Origin: Thermomicrobiales bacterium
GTDB lineage: Bacteria > Chloroflexota > Chloroflexia > Thermomicrobiales > UBA6265
Direction: 5' to 3'
Length of the DNA stretch: 64,000 nucleotides
Assembly: GCA_035944555.1 (NCBI GenBank)
Contig: DASZAY010000028.1
Coordinates: 2,158 to 66,157 of the forward strand
Each line of letters starts with the position of its first letter. Within the stretch, counting starts at the first letter, position 1. Of this stretch, positions 48,101 through 58,779 are shown one piece after another. Under the pieces are notes generated by a model. It saw nothing but the letters and a program-made list of their open reading frames with translations. It ran no database searches and was not told where the DNA came from. The position numbers and the translations under genes are program-made.

Positions 48101-48482
48101 AGAAGGAACGGGGCGACTCATCGACGAGGCGCTGGGCCCACGACGTCATCGTGTTGGTGTCGATGGTGAAATTCCCGAGGGGGAACAGCGCCAGCCGGAG
48201 GACGAAGCCGATCCCGATCAGGACCAGCGCCGTCCGCAGCGCGTCCCGCCCGAGCGCCCGGTTTGCGAAACCGGCGCCGGTCGCCCGGAGGTTGGCCGCC
48301 CGGTTGCCGCCGCCCCCGCGCATCCCTCCACGTCCGGGAGCCGCGACGTTCCCCGCCGGGGTCGCCATCGCGACGGTGTCCGCGCCGGGGACGGTGCCGT
48401 GTCGCTCCACGGCGGCGGCACGCGGGACAGCGGACGGGCGGGTGCGCGCATCCGGGCGCGTCGGGCGTGATCTGGAAGCCAT
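45132..48482 (-). CDS. ~1116-aa fusion membrane protein: N-terminal Gpi18/DUF2029-like GT-C module + C-terminal protein O-mannosyltransferase (Pmt, GT39) module
   Basis: The Pmt part contains YIYDEVYHAFTAAQY (DE motif), EWTHPPLGKEIIAIG and VQSRTSMVDI. The N-module contains FTIDTNTMTSWAQRLVDESPRSFYTSGGLTDHLPGDLW. The start is trimmed to ATG 48482, with GAGGA 9 nt upstream; the track start is 48719. Confidence 0.78.
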   Translation of the reverse strand: MASRSRPTRPDARTRPSAVPRAAAVERHGTVPGADTVAMATPAGNVAAPGRGGMRGGGGNRAANLRATGAGFANRALGRDALRTALVLIGIGFVLRLALFPLGNFTIDTNTMTSWAQRLVDESPRSFYTSGGLTDHLPGDLWILWLIGHVYSWFAPITTDTTAAPIPFLFMLKLVPAIADAVIALLIFLIGRRLSTATAALVAVALYVFNPAAIFIGSVWTQWDSLSAMAGVGAIYLFIRGRPEYAIPAIVYACLIKPQLAVFGAFLGLAFLLVYIAPHVPALARWVREDGPRESLNRSLTRLGIGAGLSLAVFLVVCLPFNIGLFPGMGAFTIWDRIDYALNVYQNTTLNAPTIWGVFSENWADDTRQTAIGLSYQATGTILAVLAITGIAWLTLQAWRRFGYQALIWGMTAASFAAYMLPTRGHERYLFPTMVLTVLLVALLPRFIWLYAGITASFTLTLYWVYSLYFPSETPQISIIGSSSFLELMAVLNIVLLAATIAIGYALVVRGNTFSAPRWVPGWMYPDGSVPASAPVRGARPAPKRDPLVEGEEGDASVRDFVHADAEAAARPAWQVWYLPLAIAVIGAVFYLIRIDIPDDYIYDEVYHAFTAAQYVDGNENTFDPFQNAGDDGEAGLYTWYPGDNGERTYENFSYEWTHPPLGKEIIAIGIWLFGDNPFGWRFTSWIFGALGLFIVYRLGMALTGRWVVGAVAAGLLLVDGLYFVQSRTSMVDIHIVVFIMAALWAFLRYMRVPVGASTREVGISTLLLGLAMGAAFATKWNGLYPIVFMVGVALLRLAWIWIRASPLDRDPEPRAWSDLKNHLVFVPLNLILLPLAVYFVSYVPMFLFGFSFADFVELQRQMLYYHTVGVVGHTHSYYSLWWQWPLAMLPVWFGTQDGPVGGDTRGYVFNQVNPFIAWSMIPALIAVIWLWLRDYRRHWIAALVLLIGFFGQWLIWSASPRGAYAYHFLPMVPFGILAIATLVEYGWRVRELPLAGRTFLQRYRIPLALVGVGVLINALLIIGVQYPLPNDKVVPDDYVPIALYGLPVALFGLVAIAIGAGALQKRSVLSLRNGAITYAVLAVLVFAFLFPILAATQLTQQGLDLRTWLPGWTVR

Positions 48483-48799
48483 GCTTGGAGGTCCTCGGGG
48501 ATCGGGGGGACGGGTCCGCGCCAGGCACAGGGACAGCCGCCCCGAGCGCGTCAGCCGGGAATCATCGCTGCCGGACGGGCACAGCGCCACGGCGTGTCGT
48601 GGGAGGGGTTCCACACGACGTGGCGCTGCGCACCGGGGGCGGCAGGACTCGCGGGCCGACGAAGGCGGGTCGTTCCCGCGTAAGGTAGAAGATGCCGCAG
48701 GGCGATGCAACAGCGACATCCCGCGTCAATGGGACGGAACAGACCTCTCCGGTGTGGCATCCCCGGCATTCATGACCAATGGGGACATGGCCGCGGGGA

Positions 48800-49129
48800 C
48801 TATGCCACCAGCCGGACGGCGGCCGTCACGGCGACCGCGACCAGTGCGCAGACCAGATGGGACTGGCCAGCCCAGAGCCGGAGCGCGATGGCCCCGCCGA
48901 TCCCGGGCAGCATCGTCCAGTCGAAGCTGTCCCATCCCACCCCGAGCAGCGTCACGATGACCAGCGCCCCGAGCAGTCCCTGCCCTACCGCCCGCAGCAC
49001 CCGGTCGGCGGCGGCGGGCAGGCGACGGTCGCCCAGCAGGACCGGGCCGATCGCCTTGTAGACGACGTTCATCAGCGCCAGCAGGACGATCCCGGCGATG
49101 AGCGTGCCGGTGTCGAGTTCTGGGATCAT
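48800..49129 (-). CDS. azlD: Branched-chain amino acid exporter small subunit AzlD
   Basis: 109 aa and very hydrophobic. Its ATG overlaps the azlC stop (ATGA). Only the 3' third of track ORF 48800..49705 is used. Confidence 0.75.
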   Translation of the reverse strand: MIPELDTGTLIAGIVLLALMNVVYKAIGPVLLGDRRLPAAADRVLRAVGQGLLGALVIVTLLGVGWDSFDWTMLPGIGGAIALRLWAGQSHLVCALVAVAVTAAVRLVA

Positions 49130-49842
49130 GGCGTCGTCTCCGCCGCAGCCCGCGGTCGATCCGCGAACCGCTTGCCGGCCGCCAGCAACGCCGGCGTGCA
49201 GCCGATCAGCATCGCGACGCCGGCCGGCACGACCAGCAGCGCCAGCGCCGAGACGCAGATCGACGCGACGGTCAGCGACCGGTAGATGGGCTGCGATCGC
49301 ATCATGTCCAGCAGCAGCAGCGTGAAGAAGGCCGGGAAGATCGCGTCCAGTCCGATCGTCCGGACCGTCTCCGGTGACGGCAGGAGGAACGCACCGAGGG
49401 CCGTCCCCAGCGCCCAGGCCGGCCACTGGATCAGCGTCGCGCCGATCATCACCTCCCGCTCGATCGTGCCGTCCGGGCGGTGCGCCGCGGCCCACGACCC
49501 GTCGTTGACCGACTGCGCTTCCAGCGTCCGGCGCAGGAACCCGCCCTTGAGCACGTCGGCCGTCGTCGCCGCCATCGGGATGAAGCGGAGATTGATCAGC
49601 GAGGCAGCGCCCAGCGCGGGCCAGAGGCCGCCGGGGAATGTGGTGACGAAGGCGAACTGGGCCGAGCCGGAGAAGGCGAGCAGCGACATCAGCACGGCCA
49701 GCCACGGCGGGACGCCATTCAGGGCGGCGAACGCGCCGAAGCTCGCCGCCAGCCCGAAGGTCCCGACGCCCAGCCCGATCCCGATCCGGAATCCTCGTTG
49801 CCAGCCGGACTGCTCCGGATTACGCACGCTTGCTTCACGCAT
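49126..49842 (-). CDS. azlC: Branched-chain amino acid exporter AzlC
   Basis: 238 aa. GIGLGVGTFGLAASFGAFA...LLAFSGSAQFAFV is AzlC-like. The ORF is trimmed to ATG 49842. Confidence 0.78.
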   Translation of the reverse strand: MREASVRNPEQSGWQRGFRIGIGLGVGTFGLAASFGAFAALNGVPPWLAVLMSLLAFSGSAQFAFVTTFPGGLWPALGAASLINLRFIPMAATTADVLKGGFLRRTLEAQSVNDGSWAAAHRPDGTIEREVMIGATLIQWPAWALGTALGAFLLPSPETVRTIGLDAIFPAFFTLLLLDMMRSQPIYRSLTVASICVSALALLVVPAGVAMLIGCTPALLAAGKRFADRPRAAAETTP

Positions 49843-50080
49843 GTCGGGATTATGGGGGACCGGTTGGGACGGCGCGGGTCCTGATTCCCGGGTCCAGGAT
49901 GGTATGTCTTGGTCTCGAAGCGGGTCAGCCCGGGAGCAGACCCCTCCCCCGGCCCTTTCCCTGCTCCGGGTTGTCGCTGTGGTTGCCACCATGGCTCTAA
50001 CGTCACCCGGCCTGGAGAGGGGTGACTCCGTTTCCAGCAATGTGTCGGTGAACTGCTCAGGAAGCGCTTCGGCTCGACGT

Positions 50081-50113
50081 GAGAAAGCCCCTCTCCGCCG
50101 CAGCGGAGAGGGG
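50081..50113 (-). terminator. Intrinsic terminator after the TPM/DUF2207 gene
   Basis: The minus strand reads CCCCTCTCCGC-TGCG-GCGGAGAGGGG (11-bp stem) followed by CTTTCTC. Confidence 0.7.
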
Positions 50114-50146
50114 TTGGTCAGTCGGAGACTGGTTGTCCCGCCGGGA

Positions 50147-51793
50147 TCAGGTACTGCCGGAGGTGCTGCCACCCCCGCTCGATGTCCCGGACGAGACCGT
50201 GCTTGAACTCCCAGCCGAAGTCGATGATGTCGTGGACGAGCTGTAGGCCAGCCAGAAGGGGAAGTAGCCGGTCGTCGCGTAGTCCGGGCTGCCCGTGCCG
50301 GTCGCATGCTGGAAGGCCCGGATCGGCTGCCCGCTCTCTCCCATCGCCTTGAGCCGCTTTTCCAGGTCGCCGACGAAGCCCATCCCGACGGCGTCCGGCA
50401 GGATCGCGTCGATGTCCAGGTCGACGACCCGGTGCTCATCCTTGGCGGCATCACGGACGCCGTCGCGGTAGGCCTGCCACCGCGCCCGCTCCTCCTGCCC
50501 GGCAACGGACAGTGGAGACGTCATCACGCCGAAGACGAAGGCGACGACCGCGATCACGGCCAGGGCGGCCGGTGCGGCGAACACCCACGGCGATGGCTCG
50601 GCCGTGGCCACGACGACGAACCCGAAGATCGCGAGCACGAGGGCCACCGCGCTGATGCCGAACAGGCCGCCCTGGGCGCTCGCCGCCTGGCTGTCTGACC
50701 AGCCGTTCGCGGCCATCTGTCCCTTGAGGACCTTCTGCGTCGCGCCGGCCTTGCTGCCCAGCTTCTCCAGTTGCTTGCTGGGGACGAGCCGGTCGCCCTC
50801 GGCCAGCTTCTCCAGCTCGGTCCAGACGGCCTGCTCGGCCAGGTCCGTGATCCCGCTCCCGTCGAGCAGCCGGACCTGGATCTTCGGCTTGCTGAACGTC
50901 CCGCCGGCGGACTCCGGCTCAATCGCCAGGTGGTCGCGGGCGGCGAGATCCAGCAGCGTCGCCGACATCACGGACACCGGTGGCGAACCGGCGAAGATGC
51001 TCGCCGCCAGCGCCGGCGTGAGCGAGCCGGGGCGCGTCGTGGTCGGCTGGGGCTTGGCGGCGTGCGACCGGTTCCGCCGGCCGAACAGGGCCAGCGACCC
51101 GGCCGCACCAGAAACCGCCGCGCCGATCGCCGCCCATGGCAACCAGCTGTCCGCGGATCGGTCGGAGAACCGCTCCCAGCCGTTGCGGGGCGGACCGTTG
51201 ACGATGCTGGATTCCATCCGGGTCAACGCGGCGGTCAGGGCACCGTAGACATCACCCTCCCGCAGCGACGGGACCATCTCGTCGGTGATGATCTCGGACC
51301 GCTCGCCGGCGGGCAGGTTGCCATCGTCAAACGTCGCCCCGACCGCGATACCCATCCGGGCATCATTGGGATCACCCGGGTTGCGGTTGATCAGGATCAC
51401 CACGGTATCGTCGGCGGTGGCCCCGGTCACACTGATCCAGGCTGATTGGAGCGCGTCGACCTGATCGTCGGTCTCCTCGGTGGTGGCGTCCAGCGCCCGG
51501 ACGTAGACCATCGCGTCTGCTGGCGTCGACAGCGTTCCCAGCCGCTCAAGTCGGGCCTGGAGGTCGGCGACCTGGTCCGGGGTGAGCGACGTGCCCGTCT
51601 CGTCATAGATCCGCTGGCCCGTGGTCAGTCCCGGGAACGCATTGGGATCAACGACCTCGGGGTCCTGGGCTCCCGCCACCACCGGAGTGATCAGGCCGAT
51701 GACCAGCAGCAGGACCAGGAGCGGCAGCGCCACCAGGGACGTGGCGCATCCCCGTCCCCGTCCGCCGCGTCCGCCTCGCCTCCGTTGACCCAT
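50147..51793 (-). CDS. Membrane protein with N-terminal TPM-like domain and DUF2207-like C-terminal membrane region; Ser/Thr/Gly-rich tail
   Basis: A signal/anchor segment is present. RIYDETGTSLTPDQVADLQARLERL...VYV... is TPM-like. Later come TM helices and a WQAYRDGVRDA-type segment as in DUF2207. GGAGG lies 7 nt upstream of ATG 51793. Confidence 0.7.
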   Translation of the reverse strand: MGQRRRGGRGGRGRGCATSLVALPLLVLLLVIGLITPVVAGAQDPEVVDPNAFPGLTTGQRIYDETGTSLTPDQVADLQARLERLGTLSTPADAMVYVRALDATTEETDDQVDALQSAWISVTGATADDTVVILINRNPGDPNDARMGIAVGATFDDGNLPAGERSEIITDEMVPSLREGDVYGALTAALTRMESSIVNGPPRNGWERFSDRSADSWLPWAAIGAAVSGAAGSLALFGRRNRSHAAKPQPTTTRPGSLTPALAASIFAGSPPVSVMSATLLDLAARDHLAIEPESAGGTFSKPKIQVRLLDGSGITDLAEQAVWTELEKLAEGDRLVPSKQLEKLGSKAGATQKVLKGQMAANGWSDSQAASAQGGLFGISAVALVLAIFGFVVVATAEPSPWVFAAPAALAVIAVVAFVFGVMTSPLSVAGQEERARWQAYRDGVRDAAKDEHRVVDLDIDAILPDAVGMGFVGDLEKRLKAMGESGQPIRAFQHATGTGSPDYATTGYFPFWLAYSSSTTSSTSAGSSSTVSSGTSSGGGSTSGST

Positions 51794-51911
51794 GGGAATT
51801 CCTCCGCGATGACCGGCGCCCGATCGCGCCGCGCGGACAGTGTCCCACCGGAAAACGGCGAACGTGTCACGACACCGGAACGGAACCGGGGCAGCACCAC
51901 CCTCTCGCCGG

Positions 51912-54335
51912 TCAGCTGCCTGGCGTGTTGAGCACGTCCTCCGGTGCGGGCGGCTGGATGCCGTAGTCCTGGTTGTAGGAGAGGAACGTCCGGATCATGT
52001 AGTGCCCGGAGGTGAGCATGAACTCCCCGTGGAGCTGCCCGCTGTCTACCCCGACCCACCAGACGTACCAGGTCTGAACGTAGCGGCCTTCCGGCACGAC
52101 GAACAGCACCGCCTGGGCCGTCTCGCCGTTCATCTCCCGCTGGGCACCCAACTGGAATCCGGTCGCGCCACCGTACTGGTCGTCGATGATCTCGGCCGGG
52201 GACAGCGGCTGACCGATGGCTGCCGTCTCCAGCCACGTCACGCCGCCGTCGGTACTGCGCCAGTTCTCCGCGCCAATCCGCCGCTGGATGGACGGCGTCG
52301 GGTCGCCCGTCTGGCCGCCCATGTATCCCTGGATCGTGTTCTGGTAGCGGGCCGGGCTGGCGCTGTCCGCCGCGACGACGATCTCGTCGTAGACGCCGCC
52401 TCCGCCGCCCGGAGATGACAACGTCTGCAGGTTGCGGTAGCCACTCGCGCCGCGGACGAAGCTCTCGGCCCGGGCATAGAGTGCCTGGGCGTCGGGGTCG
52501 CTGTCCGGCGTCGGGACGGCGTCCTCCCCGTAAAGGTTCGGGTCCGGCAGCAGGATCGGGAACGCGGCGGTGTGGTCACCGGCACCGGCCAGCCGGACCG
52601 TCGCGCGGATCTCCCACCACGACTCGATGCTGAGCTGGTCGCCCTGCCCGCCCCAGCGCCCGTCGCCGAGCGGCGCGAGGTCCAGCCGGGGCGGGATGAC
52701 CTGGCCATCCTCGATGGAACTGAACTCGAGGAAGACGCGGCTGCCATCCGGGATCGGCTGTGGAGAGCCGTCGAGCCCGTAGGCCGAGACGGTGAAGGTG
52801 CTCGTCTCGCCCGGGAGCAGCGGATCCAACTGCAGCCCAATCAGCCCGGCCAGCGTCCCGTCGGACAGCGACGCTGGCTTGACCAGCAGCACATCGCCCG
52901 CCGTCTCGTCCCGGACCAGTGCGTCGCCGGTCGGAGGCGAGGTCATCGCCATGACTGAGGCGGTCAGCACGGCCAGCGCGACGACGATCGACTCCAGCCG
53001 CAGCGTCGGGCGGAGCCGGGCCGTCGCCCAGGCAGCGGACCGGGCCAGCGCCGCCCGGTGCCAGTAGGCGAGTCCGAGCGCGCCCAGCACCAGTCCGCTC
53101 TTGATCAGCAGCGTGACCCCGTAGCGGCTGTCCCAGAGGGACGGGATATCGGGCAGGATGATCCCGGCGTTGGCGATCCCGGTCACTACCGCGACGACGA
53201 ATAGTCCCAGTGCCCACGGCGAGAAGCGGCGAACCGGGTCGAGCCGCGGCGCATCCTCGGCGGACGGGCGACCGGACGACCAGCGAACGATGGCCAGCAG
53301 GACCAGCCCGCCGAACCAGAGCGCCGTCGAACCCTGGTGCAGGATGTTCGACGCGATCGCCGGCCATTGCCAGATGCCGGTCTGCGCGGCGCTGTGGCCG
53401 GTCAGCGCCAGCCCGAGCAGCCCGGCCAGCGCCGCGACGAGACCGGGCCACTCGATGGCCGGGAGCGCTGAGGGTACGGTGGTTTGGGCGGCGCGATCGG
53501 TGCTCGTGGGGACGGCTGTCCCGGCGATGACCCCGACGGCCGGCGACCCGGTGCGACCCGGCCGCAGCCAGGCGAGGGCGAGCAGCGCGGCGGCCAGGGC
53601 GCCGACCGGGCGGAACCACCAGGCGTCCGGCAGCCCCCGGAGGGTGTTCGCGAGCGATGCTCCGCCGCCATCGAACGGCGGGAACGCCAGCTGGAGCGGG
53701 ATCTCGGCCAGCGTCGCGATGAGCGCGACCGCGGCCCCGCCGAGTGCCACCCGCCGCGCCAGGGGCGGCGTGCCCATCCCGCGCTCCCCTGCCCCGCCGG
53801 CCCGCGGGCGGGCGAGCAGTCGCGCGACGAAGAATGCTCCGGCAGCAATCGCAAGCCCGGCGAAGGTCAGCCAGCGGGTGATGACGGCCCAGGCGGCGGG
53901 GTTCTCTCCCTCGGTCGTGGCGGCGCCGGCCGTCGGTCCGCCGCCGACCCGGAAGCTGTACGACCCCGAGATCGTGTGGCCGTCCGTCGCGGAGCGGTTG
54001 GCCCAGACGACGGTGTACGTCTGGAAGCCCAGCCCGGAGAAGGTTGCGGTGACGTGCATCGGGTCGGCCGGGTCGACGGTGAGCGAGGTGGGCTGGATGA
54101 CGCTGTTGTCGGACGGCCGGAGTGTGACGGAGAGGGTGCCGTCGTCACCGTTGACCGGCTCGGTGAACCAGAGATCGACCTGCTCGGGCGGGGCGGCCAG
54201 CAGCGCCCCCTGTGCCGGTTCGCTGCGGCCGAGTTCAGCGTGGGCACCAGCCGACGCGGCCCCGCCCAGCAGCACACCGAGGGCGAGCAGGAGCGTGACG
54301 AGGGGACCGAACGGACGGCGATACGGTCTGTTCAC
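51912..54335 (-). CDS. Copper resistance CopC-CopD fusion protein (YcnJ-like) with large C-terminal extracytoplasmic region
   Basis: The CopC domain is HAELGRSEPAQGALLAAPPEQVDLWFTEPV...TYTVVWANRSATDGHTISGSYSFRVG. It is followed by about 8 TM helices (CopD) and roughly 350 further residues. The start is probably GTG 54335; the track start is 54407. Confidence 0.82.
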   Translation of the reverse strand: MNRPYRRPFGPLVTLLLALGVLLGGAASAGAHAELGRSEPAQGALLAAPPEQVDLWFTEPVNGDDGTLSVTLRPSDNSVIQPTSLTVDPADPMHVTATFSGLGFQTYTVVWANRSATDGHTISGSYSFRVGGGPTAGAATTEGENPAAWAVITRWLTFAGLAIAAGAFFVARLLARPRAGGAGERGMGTPPLARRVALGGAAVALIATLAEIPLQLAFPPFDGGGASLANTLRGLPDAWWFRPVGALAAALLALAWLRPGRTGSPAVGVIAGTAVPTSTDRAAQTTVPSALPAIEWPGLVAALAGLLGLALTGHSAAQTGIWQWPAIASNILHQGSTALWFGGLVLLAIVRWSSGRPSAEDAPRLDPVRRFSPWALGLFVVAVVTGIANAGIILPDIPSLWDSRYGVTLLIKSGLVLGALGLAYWHRAALARSAAWATARLRPTLRLESIVVALAVLTASVMAMTSPPTGDALVRDETAGDVLLVKPASLSDGTLAGLIGLQLDPLLPGETSTFTVSAYGLDGSPQPIPDGSRVFLEFSSIEDGQVIPPRLDLAPLGDGRWGGQGDQLSIESWWEIRATVRLAGAGDHTAAFPILLPDPNLYGEDAVPTPDSDPDAQALYARAESFVRGASGYRNLQTLSSPGGGGGVYDEIVVAADSASPARYQNTIQGYMGGQTGDPTPSIQRRIGAENWRSTDGGVTWLETAAIGQPLSPAEIIDDQYGGATGFQLGAQREMNGETAQAVLFVVPEGRYVQTWYVWWVGVDSGQLHGEFMLTSGHYMIRTFLSYNQDYGIQPPAPEDVLNTPGS

Positions 54336-54870
54336 GGTGAAGCCTTCTAAGGAAGCAGGTGAATGGTGGCGAGGACGAACTGCCTCCGGGAAGTGTAGTA
54401 GCCACACGGGCGCCGGCCGGCGGGCTTGGGTCGCGGTTCCCGACCGGCGGATAGGGCACCCCGAGGACGGGATCAGACGTCGGCCATTAGTCCTGTCCGG
54501 GTCTCGACCGGCCGGGTATCACCGGTACTGGTCAAGGGATTGCATGACGATGTTGACTCCCTGCACAAGGGATCTGAACCGGGACACTGGCCCGGAACAT
54601 CACCCTGTGTCGTACGTTCGCCGGTAGAGGCAGGGTAGCGATGACCGTGCGAACAGGTAGCGTCCGACTCCGCGGCAGCGATAGACTATCCGCATCTGAC
54701 CACGAGTCACCGTCGTCCCGTCGCAATCTGCCGCCCGTGTCATCCGGGTCGTGTTCCGCCCCTGAGGTCCGATCAGGGACCAGAGCGGACCGACCCGGCC
54801 TGATCGGCCCCACCGAGGGGATCGTGCCTCCGTCGTCGATGGGGAGCGGTGCGAAGGGGGTGCATACCCG

Positions 54871-57519
<2,649 letters not shown>

Positions 57520-57553
57520 CCGTCGCGGAAACCGGAACACAAGGGCATGCGAC

Positions 57554-57586
57554 ACGCCGGCGGGCTTCCCGTCGGCGTTCGTCGTT
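57554..57586 (+). terminator. Hairpin terminator after lon
   Basis: ACGCCGGCGGG-CTT-CCCGTCGGCGT is an 11-bp stem with one G-T pair, followed by TCGTCGTT. Confidence 0.55.
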
Positions 57587-57698
57587 CCCGGACCCGGTTT
57601 ACGGATCAGCCCAACGGCGCGACACTGGCCCGGTTGCAGAACACCCATCCCCGGAGACCGCAGACAGATCACTTCGGGTCCACCTACAAGGAGACGCC

Positions 57699-58700
57699 AT
57701 GACAACGGAGCAGACGACCGGGACGCGCTGGGGCATCCTCGGGCCGGGCGGCATCGCCCGGCGGTTCGCGACCGGCATCCAGTCCGCGAAGGACGCCCGG
57801 ATCGTCGCGGTCGGCTCGCGGTCGGCCGAGGGCGCCGAGAAGTTCGCCGGTGAGTTCGACGTCCCCAACCGGCACGCGTCCTATGAGGCGCTGGTCGCCG
57901 ACCCGGAGGTCGACGTCATCTACGTCTCGACCCCGCATCCCTACCACCGGGACGCCGTGCTGCTCGCCCTGTCGGCCGGCAAGCCGGTGCTCTGTGAGAA
58001 GCCGTTCACCGTCAATGCCGCCGAGGCGGAGAACCTGATCCGCGAGGCGCGGGCGCGAAACCTCTTTCTGATGGAAGCGATGTGGTCGCGCTTCTTCCCG
58101 GCCATGGTCCGGTTCCGCGAGCTGATCGCCGAGGGCGCGATTGGGGAGCCCCGGCAGCTGCATGCCGACTTCGGCTTCCGTGCTTCGCTCAACCCGGAAG
58201 GGCGCCTGTTCAAGCGTGAGCTGGGCGGTGGGGCGCTGCTGGACGTCGGCGTCTATGTCGTCTCGCTGGCCTCGATGGTGTTCGGCGAGCCGGACGATAT
58301 CACCGGAACGGCCCATATCGGCGAGACGGGCGTCGACGAGCAGACGGTGATCGGGCTGCGCTACCCCGGCGGCCAGCTGGCCCAGCTCTCCTGTGCGGTC
58401 CGGACCGCCACCCCGGTCCAGGCAACGCTGTATGGCACTGATGGGTCGCTGTCGATCGAGAGTCCGTGGTACTCCCCCGCGCAGCTGACGCTGCGACAGA
58501 CCGGGAAGGACGAGCAGCGGATCGATCTGCCATTCGTGGGCAGCGGGTTCAACTACGAAGCCGAGCATGTCGGACAGTGCCTGCGGGATGATCTGACCGA
58601 GAGCCCGATCATGCCGCTCGATGAGACGCTGTCGATCATCCGGACGCTGGATCGCGTCCGGGAGCCGTGGGGGTTGCGCTACCCGGCCGACGATCGCTGA
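57699..58700 (+). CDS. Gfo/Idh/MocA-family NAD(P)-dependent oxidoreductase
   Basis: The Rossmann N-terminus is RWGILGPGGIARRF. EKPF is present, and the layout resembles dimeric dihydrodiol dehydrogenases. Confidence 0.85.
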   Translation: MTTEQTTGTRWGILGPGGIARRFATGIQSAKDARIVAVGSRSAEGAEKFAGEFDVPNRHASYEALVADPEVDVIYVSTPHPYHRDAVLLALSAGKPVLCEKPFTVNAAEAENLIREARARNLFLMEAMWSRFFPAMVRFRELIAEGAIGEPRQLHADFGFRASLNPEGRLFKRELGGGALLDVGVYVVSLASMVFGEPDDITGTAHIGETGVDEQTVIGLRYPGGQLAQLSCAVRTATPVQATLYGTDGSLSIESPWYSPAQLTLRQTGKDEQRIDLPFVGSGFNYEAEHVGQCLRDDLTESPIMPLDETLSIIRTLDRVREPWGLRYPADDR

Positions 58701-58779
58701 TCCTCGTCCGTCACCTCGCCGCGACGGCGTGGCCGTTGCGGGATCGTTCCTGGTCGACCGCAACCAGTCCAGATGAGGA

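Noticed and set aside
49130-50505. Long 5' extensions of the azlD (to 49705) and azlC (to 50505) track ORFs
   Set aside because: The extensions are Arg/Pro/Gly-rich, overlap the neighbouring gene and a terminator hairpin, and lack hydrophobic AzlC/AzlD character. The internal ATGs at 49129 and 49842 give canonical-length proteins with an ATGA overlap.
54408-54870. 463-nt region upstream of lon, examined for heat-shock operators
   Set aside because: There is no CIRCE (TTAGCACTC-N9-GAGTGCTAA) or HAIR (CTTGAGT-N7-ACTCAAG) element. Only short repeats were found: CAAGGGAT at 54533 and 54566, TCCCT-N5-AGGGA at 54558..54572, and GATAG-A-CTATC near 54680. These are too weak to call.
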